Shown here piece after piece: positions 17,388 to 29,168 of a DNA stretch of 64,000 nucleotides (position 1 is its first letter; the number at the start of each line of letters is the position of its first letter). Below the pieces are notes generated by a model. That model saw only the letters and a program-made list of their open reading frames with translations. It had not been told where the DNA came from and did no database searches. The DNA comes from an uncultured Pseudobdellovibrionaceae bacterium (GTDB lineage: Bacteria > Bdellovibrionota > Bdellovibrionia > Bdellovibrionales > UBA1609), in contig CAYHVK010000018.1 of the NCBI GenBank assembly GCA_964360255.1, forward strand, positions 56 to 64,055, given 5' to 3'. The position numbers and the translations under genes are program-made.

Positions 17388-17421
17388 GTCCGGTATATTG
17401 GATGCGTCCGCTTTTTCGGAC
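17388..17421. promoter_or_regulatory. Tandem dyad sites (possible activator binding sites)
   Basis: GTCCG-N6-TGGAT (17388-17403) and GTCCG-N6-CGGAC (17406-17421). Confidence 0.45.
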
Positions 17422-17448
17422 AAAGACCGGACGAATAATAAGGATCTT

Positions 17449-18066
17449 ATGAATCTCGCCAGACCTAAAGTGAGCTATATTAAAAGTGCAGTTTTTGTTG
17501 AGGACTTCCCTAAATCGACAGTTCCTGAAGTGGCTTTTGTGGGACGCTCGAATGCAGGTAAATCTTCGCTTTTGAATGCTCTTGCGCAATCAGATGTTGC
17601 GAAAGTCAGTCAGGCTCCTGGTAAGACTCGTTTGCTCAACTTCTTTAAATGGGACGAAACTCATGGAGTCGTCGACGTACCTGGATACGGCTTCGCTCGT
17701 CGCTCTGGAAAAGAACAGAACGACTGGCAAGAGATGATCGAAAACTATCTTCATTATCGCGAGAACCTGACGGGCCTTATTTTAGTCTTTGATGTGCGCC
17801 GCAGCTGGGCCGAAGAAGAACAGCAACTCTTAGAATGGTGGGAGCCTTATAATAAGCCTCTTATCGTCGCGCTGAATAAAATGGATCAACTTAATCAGAA
17901 AGAAAAAGCCGCTAAACTCAAAGAATTCGCGCCTCTCAAAGACCATCTAGAGTTGTTCTGGGTCACAACCAAGCCTAAAAAGGGACAAACTAACGGTATA
18001 GACGAGCTGAGGCGGGGTATCTTCGAGCGCATGATCAAAGGCCGTGAGATCAAGCCCAGTAAATAA
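17449..18066 (+). CDS. engB: Ribosome biogenesis GTPase YihA/YsxC
   Basis: EVAFVGRSNAGKSSLLN, PGKTRLLN, DVPGYGFA, NKMD. Confidence 0.95.
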   Translation: MNLARPKVSYIKSAVFVEDFPKSTVPEVAFVGRSNAGKSSLLNALAQSDVAKVSQAPGKTRLLNFFKWDETHGVVDVPGYGFARRSGKEQNDWQEMIENYLHYRENLTGLILVFDVRRSWAEEEQQLLEWWEPYNKPLIVALNKMDQLNQKEKAAKLKEFAPLKDHLELFWVTTKPKKGQTNGIDELRRGIFERMIKGREIKPSK

Positions 18067-18138
18067 TTGAAGCTACTTAAGCTCGGGACTTGGGCGTTTT
18101 ACACGTGATTTTTGCTTCCACTCTTGGTAAAACAATCT

Positions 18139-18873
18139 ATGCGATTTCTAGGCGTTATTCCGGCTCGTTATGGGTCTACTCGATTACCAGCAAAACCATT
18201 ATTGAACATCTCAGGCCGACCTCTCCTCGAATGGGTTATCAGGGGCGCACAACAATCAGAAAAATTAACTGAATTGATTGTGGCCACTGATCATGGAGAA
18301 ATTGCGGCATTGGCAGAAAAGTTAGGCGTACAAGCCATAATGACGGCTTCTGAATTGCCATCGGGCAGTGACCGAGTTTGGGCCGCAGCTCAAGAGCGCG
18401 ATGCTGATGTGATTTTAAATATTCAAGGGGATGAGCCGCTTCTTCAAGGCAAATGGATTGATCAATTGATCGAGCCATTTTTTTCAGAGCCTGATTTGAA
18501 AATGGCGACGATTGCTCACGCCATTCACCCAAGTGAACTGAATGAACTTTCAGTTGTGAAAGTGATTCTCAATCAAAATAGCGAAGGCATTTATTTCAGC
18601 CGCCACGCGATTCCCTATACACGTCAGACTTTTGAAGAGAGTCCGCATCTTTGCTTAAAACATATTGGTCTTTACGCTTACAAGAAAGCATTTTTGAAAA
18701 AATTCTGTCAGACCGCTCCAACAGCCTTAGAGCGTGCTGAATCTCTCGAGCAACTGCGCGCGATTTATTTAGGTGAAAAAATTAAAGTGATGCCGATCGA
18801 TGCTTTATCTATCGGTGTGGACACTCCAGATGACGTAAAAGCAGTCAGTAAAATCTTGGTCGGTAAAATTTAG
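18139..18873 (+). CDS. kdsB: 3-deoxy-manno-octulosonate cytidylyltransferase
   Basis: IPARYGSTRLPAKPL, NIQGDEP, HIGLYAY, ESLEQLR. Confidence 0.97.
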   Translation: MRFLGVIPARYGSTRLPAKPLLNISGRPLLEWVIRGAQQSEKLTELIVATDHGEIAALAEKLGVQAIMTASELPSGSDRVWAAAQERDADVILNIQGDEPLLQGKWIDQLIEPFFSEPDLKMATIAHAIHPSELNELSVVKVILNQNSEGIYFSRHAIPYTRQTFEESPHLCLKHIGLYAYKKAFLKKFCQTAPTALERAESLEQLRAIYLGEKIKVMPIDALSIGVDTPDDVKAVSKILVGKI

Positions 18874-21575
<2,702 letters not shown>

Positions 21576-21652
21576 TGGCTTTGACGTAGGTCCAGGGTCT
21601 AGTATTACAAACATAGCCAACTCAGTTTTTTCTCCGCTAAACTTATTTCTAC

Positions 21653-22399
21653 ATGCACCCAAAGTTTGGCATAAAAATTATTCTTATATCATTATTAACT
21701 TCGTTGTTGCTGCAACCGCAAGCCTATGCGGCTGAAACGATTGAACTTCCAGAAGATGAATTGGCAACTGAATCGGTGCTTCCGGTATTCGATAAAACAG
21801 TAGCGGTTCGAAATCGATTGGTAACGACAGCTGGTCGGGCAGAGCTGGGTGGCGGACTCGGGTTCAACTTGATTGAAGGTATCTACACCAACACCGTATT
21901 TCACGGAACGGCTTCATATAATTTCAGTGAAGAGAAAGCCGTTACACTGTTCATGATCATGGGAAGCAGCGAGCTTTCAAATACGGGTAAAGATCTAAAA
22001 GCGGGTCGTGGCCTTAGCAACAATACATTTGATGCGACACTAGCTCCCTCACCTGAAATGTTTATTACGGGCAATTATCAGTTCACGGCTTATTACGGTA
22101 AATTCTCAGTTTCAAAGCAGAAGGCGATGAACTTAGCGCTTTACGGTTTAGCTGGTGGTGGTCTTTTGACCTGGAGCGATGGTGAAATGTCGCCAGTTCT
22201 ATCAGCGGGTGTCGGTCAGAAGTTTTATTTCAATCCTAACTTTGCATTGAGAGCTGATTTACAAATGATGGTTTATCAAGGCCCGGATATCACCTCGAAG
22301 CCTTTGCAAGTTGGTACCGGAAAAAAAGACAGCAGTTATTTCTCTGATGAAACATTTTTCAGGCCGTTCTTGAACGCAAGCTTGGTATTTTTATTTTAA
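21653..22399 (+). CDS. Outer-membrane beta-barrel of the gliding machinery (GltA/GltB-like)
   Basis: Signal peptide, 'YYGKFS' motif, alternating beta-strands, terminal Phe; first gene of the glt operon. Confidence 0.8.
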   Translation: MHPKFGIKIILISLLTSLLLQPQAYAAETIELPEDELATESVLPVFDKTVAVRNRLVTTAGRAELGGGLGFNLIEGIYTNTVFHGTASYNFSEEKAVTLFMIMGSSELSNTGKDLKAGRGLSNNTFDATLAPSPEMFITGNYQFTAYYGKFSVSKQKAMNLALYGLAGGGLLTWSDGEMSPVLSAGVGQKFYFNPNFALRADLQMMVYQGPDITSKPLQVGTGKKDSSYFSDETFFRPFLNASLVFLF

Positions 22400-22408
22400 G
22401 GATTTTTC

Positions 22409-23239
22409 GTGAAAAGATTTTTTAAACATATCAGTCTTTTTGCTCTGGTTCTCGGCGGGGCAGGTCATGCTTGGGCGCAGATTGCTCCGGCGCCTGCAGA
22501 TCAGGGGCTTGAAGAACTTTATGATCGTTTTGAAGATCAAGAGGTCCGTCAAACTGAAGAAACAAAAAAGACTCAGAATCCACGTGAACAAGAAGCGAAA
22601 GAAAAACCTAAAGAAGTGACGAAGATGTCTGATCTTCAAATCTTGTCGCCTTTTCAAGATATTGCAATTATTCAAAGACGTTTTTTACCTAAGACGAAAC
22701 GTTTTGAAATCTCAGGCGCAGGTGCAATCAATACGAACAATGCTTATTTCAATAACATTGGTGTGGCCGCTCGCCTTGCATTTTTCTTCCAAGAAAAAAT
22801 TGGTATTGAGGGCACTTACTTGTTTATCGATAGCTCTGAGAGACCTATTACTAAAGGCTTAAAAGACAATCAGAGAATTTCAACGGCCAGTCTCGTTGAA
22901 CCTGAAGCTTATTATGGTGTGGCTTTAAAATGGGCTCCACTTTATGGTAAAATGGCTTGGCTGGGTGAGAAGATTGTCCCTTTCGATCTTTATCTCACCC
23001 CTGGTTTCGGTGTGACAAAGACGGCACTTGGTAAGTCTCATACGACATTCAGCATTGGTGGCGGTCAACTTTTTGCCCTCACAAAATCGAGTGGACTTCG
23101 TTGGGACCTGAATTGGAATTTCTACCAAGCTGAAACAATTCCGACGACAGCTTCAAGTTCCACATCAAAATCGAATCACAGCGATTTAGTTTTAACTGTT
23201 GGTTATAGCTTCTTCTTCCCGGAGGCCACTTACCGATGA
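22409..23239 (+). CDS. Second outer-membrane beta-barrel (GltA/GltB-like)
   Basis: IQRRFLPKTKRFE, WAPLYGK, GYSFFFP; paralogue of the previous gene. Confidence 0.8.
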   Translation: MKRFFKHISLFALVLGGAGHAWAQIAPAPADQGLEELYDRFEDQEVRQTEETKKTQNPREQEAKEKPKEVTKMSDLQILSPFQDIAIIQRRFLPKTKRFEISGAGAINTNNAYFNNIGVAARLAFFFQEKIGIEGTYLFIDSSERPITKGLKDNQRISTASLVEPEAYYGVALKWAPLYGKMAWLGEKIVPFDLYLTPGFGVTKTALGKSHTTFSIGGGQLFALTKSSGLRWDLNWNFYQAETIPTTASSSTSKSNHSDLVLTVGYSFFFPEATYR

Positions 23240-24873
23240 GTTCATTTAATAAAGCCTCAGTGCGTGTAATAATTGGTGTCATCTTAGCGGCGTTAGTTGC
23301 GACTTTAAGTTTCGCTCAAGCCAAGCGTTCGGCAAAGAAAACGGCCGGTAAAAAAACTAAAATACAAAGACCCGCAAACGCTTCATCCTCTTCCCGTTCA
23401 AGTTCAATTGGTGAAGGTGATTTTCAAGAGGCCATGCGCTTAGTGCGCGCGGGTCAGTATCAGCAAGCTTCGGCGCGTTTATTCCAATTAAGTTTAAGTC
23501 CTAAGTATGCAGATCGTCGTACGCAACTCAGATATTTGCTTGGTCTCATGCTTTATCAAATGAAAATGAATCAGCTGGCCGCATTCCAATTTATTAGCGT
23601 GGTTCGTGAAGGTAATTCACGTTTCTTGGGTGATGGTTTAGAGAAGCTTTCTTTAGCTGCCGATGCACTTGGTGATGATGCACTTTTAAACTATGCAATT
23701 GCCCGTGTGAAAAGCGATAACTTTCCGGCCGCCCATCGCGATATGCTTTTCTACCGCATTGGTGAGTTTCAGTTAAGAAATCAACAGTACGATGAGGCTA
23801 TCAGAAGCTTCGTTAAAGTTCCGAATAACAGCACTGTTTTTGATAAGGCACTTTATCTAAAGGCTTACGCCCATGCTGCGAGCAATAATCCCAAAGCAGC
23901 CGTTGCTGACTTTGATGCACTTCTCGAAGTTAAATCTGACGCCAGTGTTACAGATCCGACTCGAGTTGCAGCACTTATGGGTAAAGCTCGTGCGCTTTAT
24001 CAACAAAAAGAATGGGATGCCGCCATCGAAGCCTATCGTGAAGTCCCTAGGGATACGGCTTTATGGCACGATACACTTTTTGAAATCAGCTGGGCGATGC
24101 TACGTTCGGGTAAGTTTCGTTCGGCTTTAAGTCAGTTTCAAAGCTTGCATTCTCCCTATTATGAAGAAGCTTATCTTCCTGAATCATTACTACTTCGCTC
24201 AATCGTTTACCTCTATATTTGCCAATACGATGAGATGGCGAAGGTTTTAGATCTCTTTAACAAGATTTATCGTCCTCTATATAAAAATGTAGATGTTTAC
24301 TTAAACTCAGTTAAAAATCCGGTGACTTACTTTAATGATGTTGTTCGCTCAATTCGAGAGAATGAAGAATTAGGTAAGAGTACGAAAACTAAAAAAGCGA
24401 AATCGAATCTTCCGCAACTGGTTGTTCAAAAGGTAACGAAAGAGGGCGATTTCCAGAGATCCTTCCAATATATTAAAAAGTTAATTGAAGAAAAAAGAAA
24501 AATCATGGCTATGCCAGCTTCATGGAGAACCTCTTCTCTTGGTAAGTATGCTCGTCAAACGATTGATCGTCGTCTTCAGCGCGCTCGTTTAAAGGCCGGT
24601 CGTCAGGTGCGTGCTCATATGATTTCGATGCGCACTGAGCTTATTGATTTCTTCGAGCAAGAAGGTTTTATCCGTTATGAAATGACAAATGGTCGCAAAG
24701 AACAACTCAAGAAAAGAGTGGCGGGTAAAGAATTACCTAAGGCGCAAATTAATGAAGACGAAGAGCGCGATACTTATGTGCAGAACGGTTATCAATATTG
24801 GGCCTTCCGCGGTGAGTATTGGCTCGATGAGATTGGTAATTTCCACTATGTAGGAACACAAAGCTGTGAATAG
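23236..24873 (+). CDS. gltC: TPR protein, GltC-like
   Basis: Signal peptide, TPRs, C-terminal WAFRGEYWLDEIGNF...SC motif. Confidence 0.75.
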   Translation: MSSFNKASVRVIIGVILAALVATLSFAQAKRSAKKTAGKKTKIQRPANASSSSRSSSIGEGDFQEAMRLVRAGQYQQASARLFQLSLSPKYADRRTQLRYLLGLMLYQMKMNQLAAFQFISVVREGNSRFLGDGLEKLSLAADALGDDALLNYAIARVKSDNFPAAHRDMLFYRIGEFQLRNQQYDEAIRSFVKVPNNSTVFDKALYLKAYAHAASNNPKAAVADFDALLEVKSDASVTDPTRVAALMGKARALYQQKEWDAAIEAYREVPRDTALWHDTLFEISWAMLRSGKFRSALSQFQSLHSPYYEEAYLPESLLLRSIVYLYICQYDEMAKVLDLFNKIYRPLYKNVDVYLNSVKNPVTYFNDVVRSIRENEELGKSTKTKKAKSNLPQLVVQKVTKEGDFQRSFQYIKKLIEEKRKIMAMPASWRTSSLGKYARQTIDRRLQRARLKAGRQVRAHMISMRTELIDFFEQEGFIRYEMTNGRKEQLKKRVAGKELPKAQINEDEERDTYVQNGYQYWAFRGEYWLDEIGNFHYVGTQSCE

Positions 24874-27800
24874 AAAGCTCGCTTTTTCTTTATCATTGGC
24901 TCTAGTTGCAAGCTTTGGCTTCGCAGCGCCGGCTTCTGCTCAAAAAAAGCCAGCTAAGCCGGCTCAGGGACAAAAAACAATCGGTGATCTCCTTAAGAAC
25001 ATCGAGAAGCGCGCTGAAACTGTACAGTTCAATAAAGCTAAAAGTTCTCTTCCGGCTGCCGCTGCGGCTAAGAAAGCCCCCCCTGCACAAGTAAATCTTC
25101 GTGCGGTGAAGCCGCCGAGTTCAAAAACTCTTTATTACGAAGAGGGAAGTGACGAGGGTCAGCTAGAAAAGATTTTAGATCAGCAGATCAATCAGCTTTA
25201 TAAGCTCACTCAGCAGTATAAAAAGAGCACGAAGCGTGGCGAACTTTGGCTTCGCTTGGCTGAGCTTTACGTTGAAAAAGCCCGTTTGATTGAATATCAA
25301 ATTCACACGAAGCACGACAAGCAGATGGAAGCTTTTTTGGGCGGCAAAATCAAAACGCGCCCGAAGCTCAATTTGGGGGCAAGTCTTGAGTATAATAAAA
25401 AAGCCATTCAGCTTTATGAATGGTTTATCCGCGATTTCCCTAAAGATCAAAAGATGGATCAGGCGCTTTTCTTCTTAGGGTACAACCACTTTGAGATCAG
25501 CAATGTTAAAAAGGGTGAGGAGTTTTATCTTCGTTTGACGAAAGAGTATCCAGAGAGTCCCTACGTCAGCGAATCTTATTTCGCTCTTGGTGAATATAAC
25601 TTTGATAATGAAAAATGGAGCGTAGCTCTTAAACATTATGAAAAAGTTGTTGAAGATAAAAAGGGCCGTCTTTATTCATTCGGTCTTTATAAGTCCGCTT
25701 GGTGTTATTATAAGCTTCAAAAAACTCGCACAGCCCTTAAGCTCTTAGAGCGCGTCATTCTTGAGGGGCGCCGTAGTAAATCAGCAAGTAAAACAGATGC
25801 TGGTGTAAGCCGGGTACGTCTTGCTACTGAAGCGGTGAAAGATTTAATTCTCTTCTACGCTGAAGCAGGTGCGCCTGAAAAAGCTCGTGAATATTTTGAA
25901 GAAGTTGTGGGTAAGAAGTCGGCTTTAGCTAACTTAGGTAAGCTGGCACAGTACTACATGGATACAGGTAACAGAGCTGCCGCACGCACCATCTACAAAG
26001 AGTTAATTGCCGAGGCGCCAGATGCTCCGCGTGCGTTTGATTATCAGCACAATATCGTAAAAATGTATCAGGCGGCTGGCCAGGTTGATGTGTTCTTAAA
26101 AGAACTTTATGTCTGGCTTGATGCCTTTGGCCCGAACAGCGACTGGCATCAAACAAATTCAAAAGAAAAAGATCTTTTAGCTAAAGCTAATGAAGTTATG
26201 GAAGGCACTCTTCGCAACTACGTTCTTCAGCAGCACCAAGTGGCACAGAATGCGAAGACTCGTAGTTCGCAAGATAATGCACGTCGCGGCTATGAGCTCT
26301 ATTTCAAAACATTTAATACATCTGTAAAAATCGATGAAATGCACTTCTTCTATGCAGAACTTTTATTCGATATGCAAGATTTCGAGCGCGCTTCTTATCA
26401 CTATACATGGGTGACAACAAACGCGCCGAAGAGTCCTTATTATGAGCGCTCGACACTCAATAATCTCTTATCATTAGAGAAGAAGCTGCCGACGAATCAA
26501 GCCATTAAGAAAATGGTTAAGGATAACACAACTCCAGTTGAGTTTCCTGAGAGCGTAGCCGCATTTGTTGAGGCGGCCAAGAAGTACCTCGCGACTAAGC
26601 CAAAGGGTGATAACGTTGCTTCTGTTAAATACCGTCTTGGGTCCCTTTATTATTACTTCAACCAATTTGATCCAGCGTTAGAAACATTCAATGATATTAT
26701 CAAGAATCATACTAAGACTGATTTAGCGCGATTCTCGGCCAATCATATTCTTGATATTTACAATCTCAAAAATGACTACGTGGGTTTACAAAATGCTGCT
26801 GACGATATCTTGAAAGTTCCTGATTTAGCCAAATCAGAAGTCGGGACGCAAATTAAAGATATTAAACTTCGTACTGATTTTAAATTGGCTAAGGAGTTTG
26901 AAGATAAAAAAGAATTCGATAAGGCCGCAAAAGCCTACGAAGACTTCGCGACTCGCAATAGATCAAATGCTCTAGCCTCATCAGCAGTCTTCAATGCGGG
27001 TGTGAACTACGAACGTGCCGGTGATTCATTGAAAGCCATTGCTATGTATGGCGTTATCTTAAACGATAAACAAAAAGCTAATGAAGGTTTAAGACAAAAA
27101 GCAGCTCAGTTCTTACCGTCAATGTACGAAAGAACAGGGCAATATAATAGAGCGGCACAGCTTTTCGAATCTTTTGCCCAAGAGAACCCGAAGAATAAAA
27201 TTTCTATCGAATATTATTACAACGCAGCCGTGATCTATGATGGCTTAAATGCATATGCAAAGGCCTTAAAGAATTACGAAAAGTATTTTGATATGAAGAA
27301 AACTCGTGAGCGTCTCGAAGTGGCGTATCTTATTGCCCGTATTTACGAGCGCCAAGGTCGTTTAGATTATGCTCTTTCACAGTATGAAAAGTATATTAAC
27401 AGCGGTACATCAAATGCTTCTGGCGTCGTCGAAGCCCATTACCGTATTGCTAAAATACATCAATCGCGCAATCGCACAAAACTTGTTGATGAATGGTTCC
27501 AGAAGACTGTGGCTGTGCAAAAACGTCTTGCAAGTCGTGGCCCAGCGGTGGGTGTTTCATTTGCAGCAGAAGCGAAGTATGAGCTTGTTTCTAAAACCTA
27601 TGATGAGCTAGTTGCGCTTCGTATTCCTTCAAGCCCAGCGGCGCAGGGTGAAGCAGTTCAAAAGAAACTCAAGCTTCTTAACAGGCTTCAGGGCGAACTT
27701 AAGGGTGTCATTGCTTACGATGATGGTTATCAGATCGTAGCCGCGCTCTCTCTTCAGGGGCAGGCCTTGCAGCATATGTTTACTTCGCTCGTGAATGCTC

Positions 27801-28048
27801 CAACACCTAAAGGCTTAAGTGCGGATGAGGCGAAGGCCTATAAAGAGGGAGTAGATAAAATTGCGATTCCGTTTAAAACTCAGGCGATCAGCAGTTACGA
27901 GCTTGCTATCAGCCGTGGTAATGAACTTCAGGCTTATAACTCTGCGCTTATCACTGCAGTTAAAAATCTTGAACTTCTTAAGGGCAATAAGCTTCCGCTT
28001 GATACAAAAGTGATGATCACTAAATTGCCAGATTGGATGGGGATGTGA
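24866..28048 (+). CDS. gltD: Large periplasmic TPR protein AgmU/GltD-like
   Basis: 1060 aa, signal peptide, many TPRs (RLAELY, DQALFFLG, YKSAWCYY); operon position. Confidence 0.75.
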   Translation: MNRKLAFSLSLALVASFGFAAPASAQKKPAKPAQGQKTIGDLLKNIEKRAETVQFNKAKSSLPAAAAAKKAPPAQVNLRAVKPPSSKTLYYEEGSDEGQLEKILDQQINQLYKLTQQYKKSTKRGELWLRLAELYVEKARLIEYQIHTKHDKQMEAFLGGKIKTRPKLNLGASLEYNKKAIQLYEWFIRDFPKDQKMDQALFFLGYNHFEISNVKKGEEFYLRLTKEYPESPYVSESYFALGEYNFDNEKWSVALKHYEKVVEDKKGRLYSFGLYKSAWCYYKLQKTRTALKLLERVILEGRRSKSASKTDAGVSRVRLATEAVKDLILFYAEAGAPEKAREYFEEVVGKKSALANLGKLAQYYMDTGNRAAARTIYKELIAEAPDAPRAFDYQHNIVKMYQAAGQVDVFLKELYVWLDAFGPNSDWHQTNSKEKDLLAKANEVMEGTLRNYVLQQHQVAQNAKTRSSQDNARRGYELYFKTFNTSVKIDEMHFFYAELLFDMQDFERASYHYTWVTTNAPKSPYYERSTLNNLLSLEKKLPTNQAIKKMVKDNTTPVEFPESVAAFVEAAKKYLATKPKGDNVASVKYRLGSLYYYFNQFDPALETFNDIIKNHTKTDLARFSANHILDIYNLKNDYVGLQNAADDILKVPDLAKSEVGTQIKDIKLRTDFKLAKEFEDKKEFDKAAKAYEDFATRNRSNALASSAVFNAGVNYERAGDSLKAIAMYGVILNDKQKANEGLRQKAAQFLPSMYERTGQYNRAAQLFESFAQENPKNKISIEYYYNAAVIYDGLNAYAKALKNYEKYFDMKKTRERLEVAYLIARIYERQGRLDYALSQYEKYINSGTSNASGVVEAHYRIAKIHQSRNRTKLVDEWFQKTVAVQKRLASRGPAVGVSFAAEAKYELVSKTYDELVALRIPSSPAAQGEAVQKKLKLLNRLQGELKGVIAYDDGYQIVAALSLQGQALQHMFTSLVNAPTPKGLSADEAKAYKEGVDKIAIPFKTQAISSYELAISRGNELQAYNSALITAVKNLELLKGNKLPLDTKVMITKLPDWMGM

Positions 28049-28863
28049 AAAAACTAATCTTACCCATTTTTATTTTAGCTCTTGGATTTAATGCCGGTAC
28101 TGTTTTCGCTCAAGATGAAGATATGGCCGCAGAGTTTGATGGGGATAAAGAAAAGGCAGAGTCGACTCAAAAAGTTGAGTCTGAAGATCTGAAGCGTCTT
28201 TCTGAGGCCCGTAAGAGCCGTTCTGAAGGTGCTATTGTTAAGGCCGCCTCACAAATCTTGGCTAAAGATTTTAATAATACAGAAGCACTTAATACTTTGG
28301 CTGTTTTCTATGCCGAAACAAAACGTTATGGAATGGCAAAAATTCTTTTGCGCCGCGCTTTGAAAGCCAATCCTAATGAACCAGCTCTTCACAACAACCT
28401 AGGTGTCATCTTCTTAATCGAAAATGAGCCTCGCTTGGCACTTGATAGTTTTCGTAAAAGTACACAGCTCAAGTCTGATTATCGCATTGGTGCTACAAAC
28501 CTAGCTTCGATTTATCTTGAGCATCGTGATTACAATCGCAGCCTTGCGCCACTTGAAGATAGCTACAAGGCCACTAAATCAGACCTTAGTCGAGGCGCCG
28601 ATTTTGCTGTAGAAATCGCGAATAACTATGCTGTAGCTCTGATGGGAGTCGGCGAAAATTCGAAAGCCCAGGACGTTTTTGAAAAAATACTAGACTCGAA
28701 CACACGAAGGCTGGCGCCTTACTTAAACTACGCTATCCTTTTAACTGACGTACTGAAGAAGAAAAAAGATGCTTTGCGAGTGCTAAGCAAATTAAAATTA
28801 ATTTCGGATGAGAGAGAAATTCAGCGTCAGACACAAGAGTTAGAGAAACGAGCGCAAGAATGA
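28045..28863 (+). CDS. gltE: TPR protein AglT/GltE-like
   Basis: Signal peptide and TPRs (ALHNNLGV); follows gltD with GTGA overlap. Confidence 0.7.
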   Translation: MKKLILPIFILALGFNAGTVFAQDEDMAAEFDGDKEKAESTQKVESEDLKRLSEARKSRSEGAIVKAASQILAKDFNNTEALNTLAVFYAETKRYGMAKILLRRALKANPNEPALHNNLGVIFLIENEPRLALDSFRKSTQLKSDYRIGATNLASIYLEHRDYNRSLAPLEDSYKATKSDLSRGADFAVEIANNYAVALMGVGENSKAQDVFEKILDSNTRRLAPYLNYAILLTDVLKKKKDALRVLSKLKLISDEREIQRQTQELEKRAQE

Positions 28864-29168
28864 ACAACATTTTAACTTACATATTGCTCGCTTTTTTATT
28901 TTCGCCGTTGACCTATGCGCAAGATGAAGCCGCAGCTCCAGCCGCGAAACCTTCTGCAAAGTCAGCCTCTACGGGTGGCGCAAAAAAAACGACCGACATT
29001 AATTTTGAAGATGAGTTAATTGAGGGCGAAGTGAAGAAGCCTGAGCTCATGTACTTATTGCAGAAGAAGCAATTCAACTTTAAACGTTTGATTAAATTAC
29101 GCGAGAATTTTTTGCCAGAAATGAATAGAACATCAGAGAGTATACAACGAGTCCGAGGGGTCAATTGA
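28860..29168 (+). CDS. gltF: Small exported gliding protein GltF/CglF-like
   Basis: INFEDELIEGEVKKP...LIKLRENFLPEM motif. Confidence 0.75.
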   Translation: MNNILTYILLAFLFSPLTYAQDEAAAPAAKPSAKSASTGGAKKTTDINFEDELIEGEVKKPELMYLLQKKQFNFKRLIKLRENFLPEMNRTSESIQRVRGVN

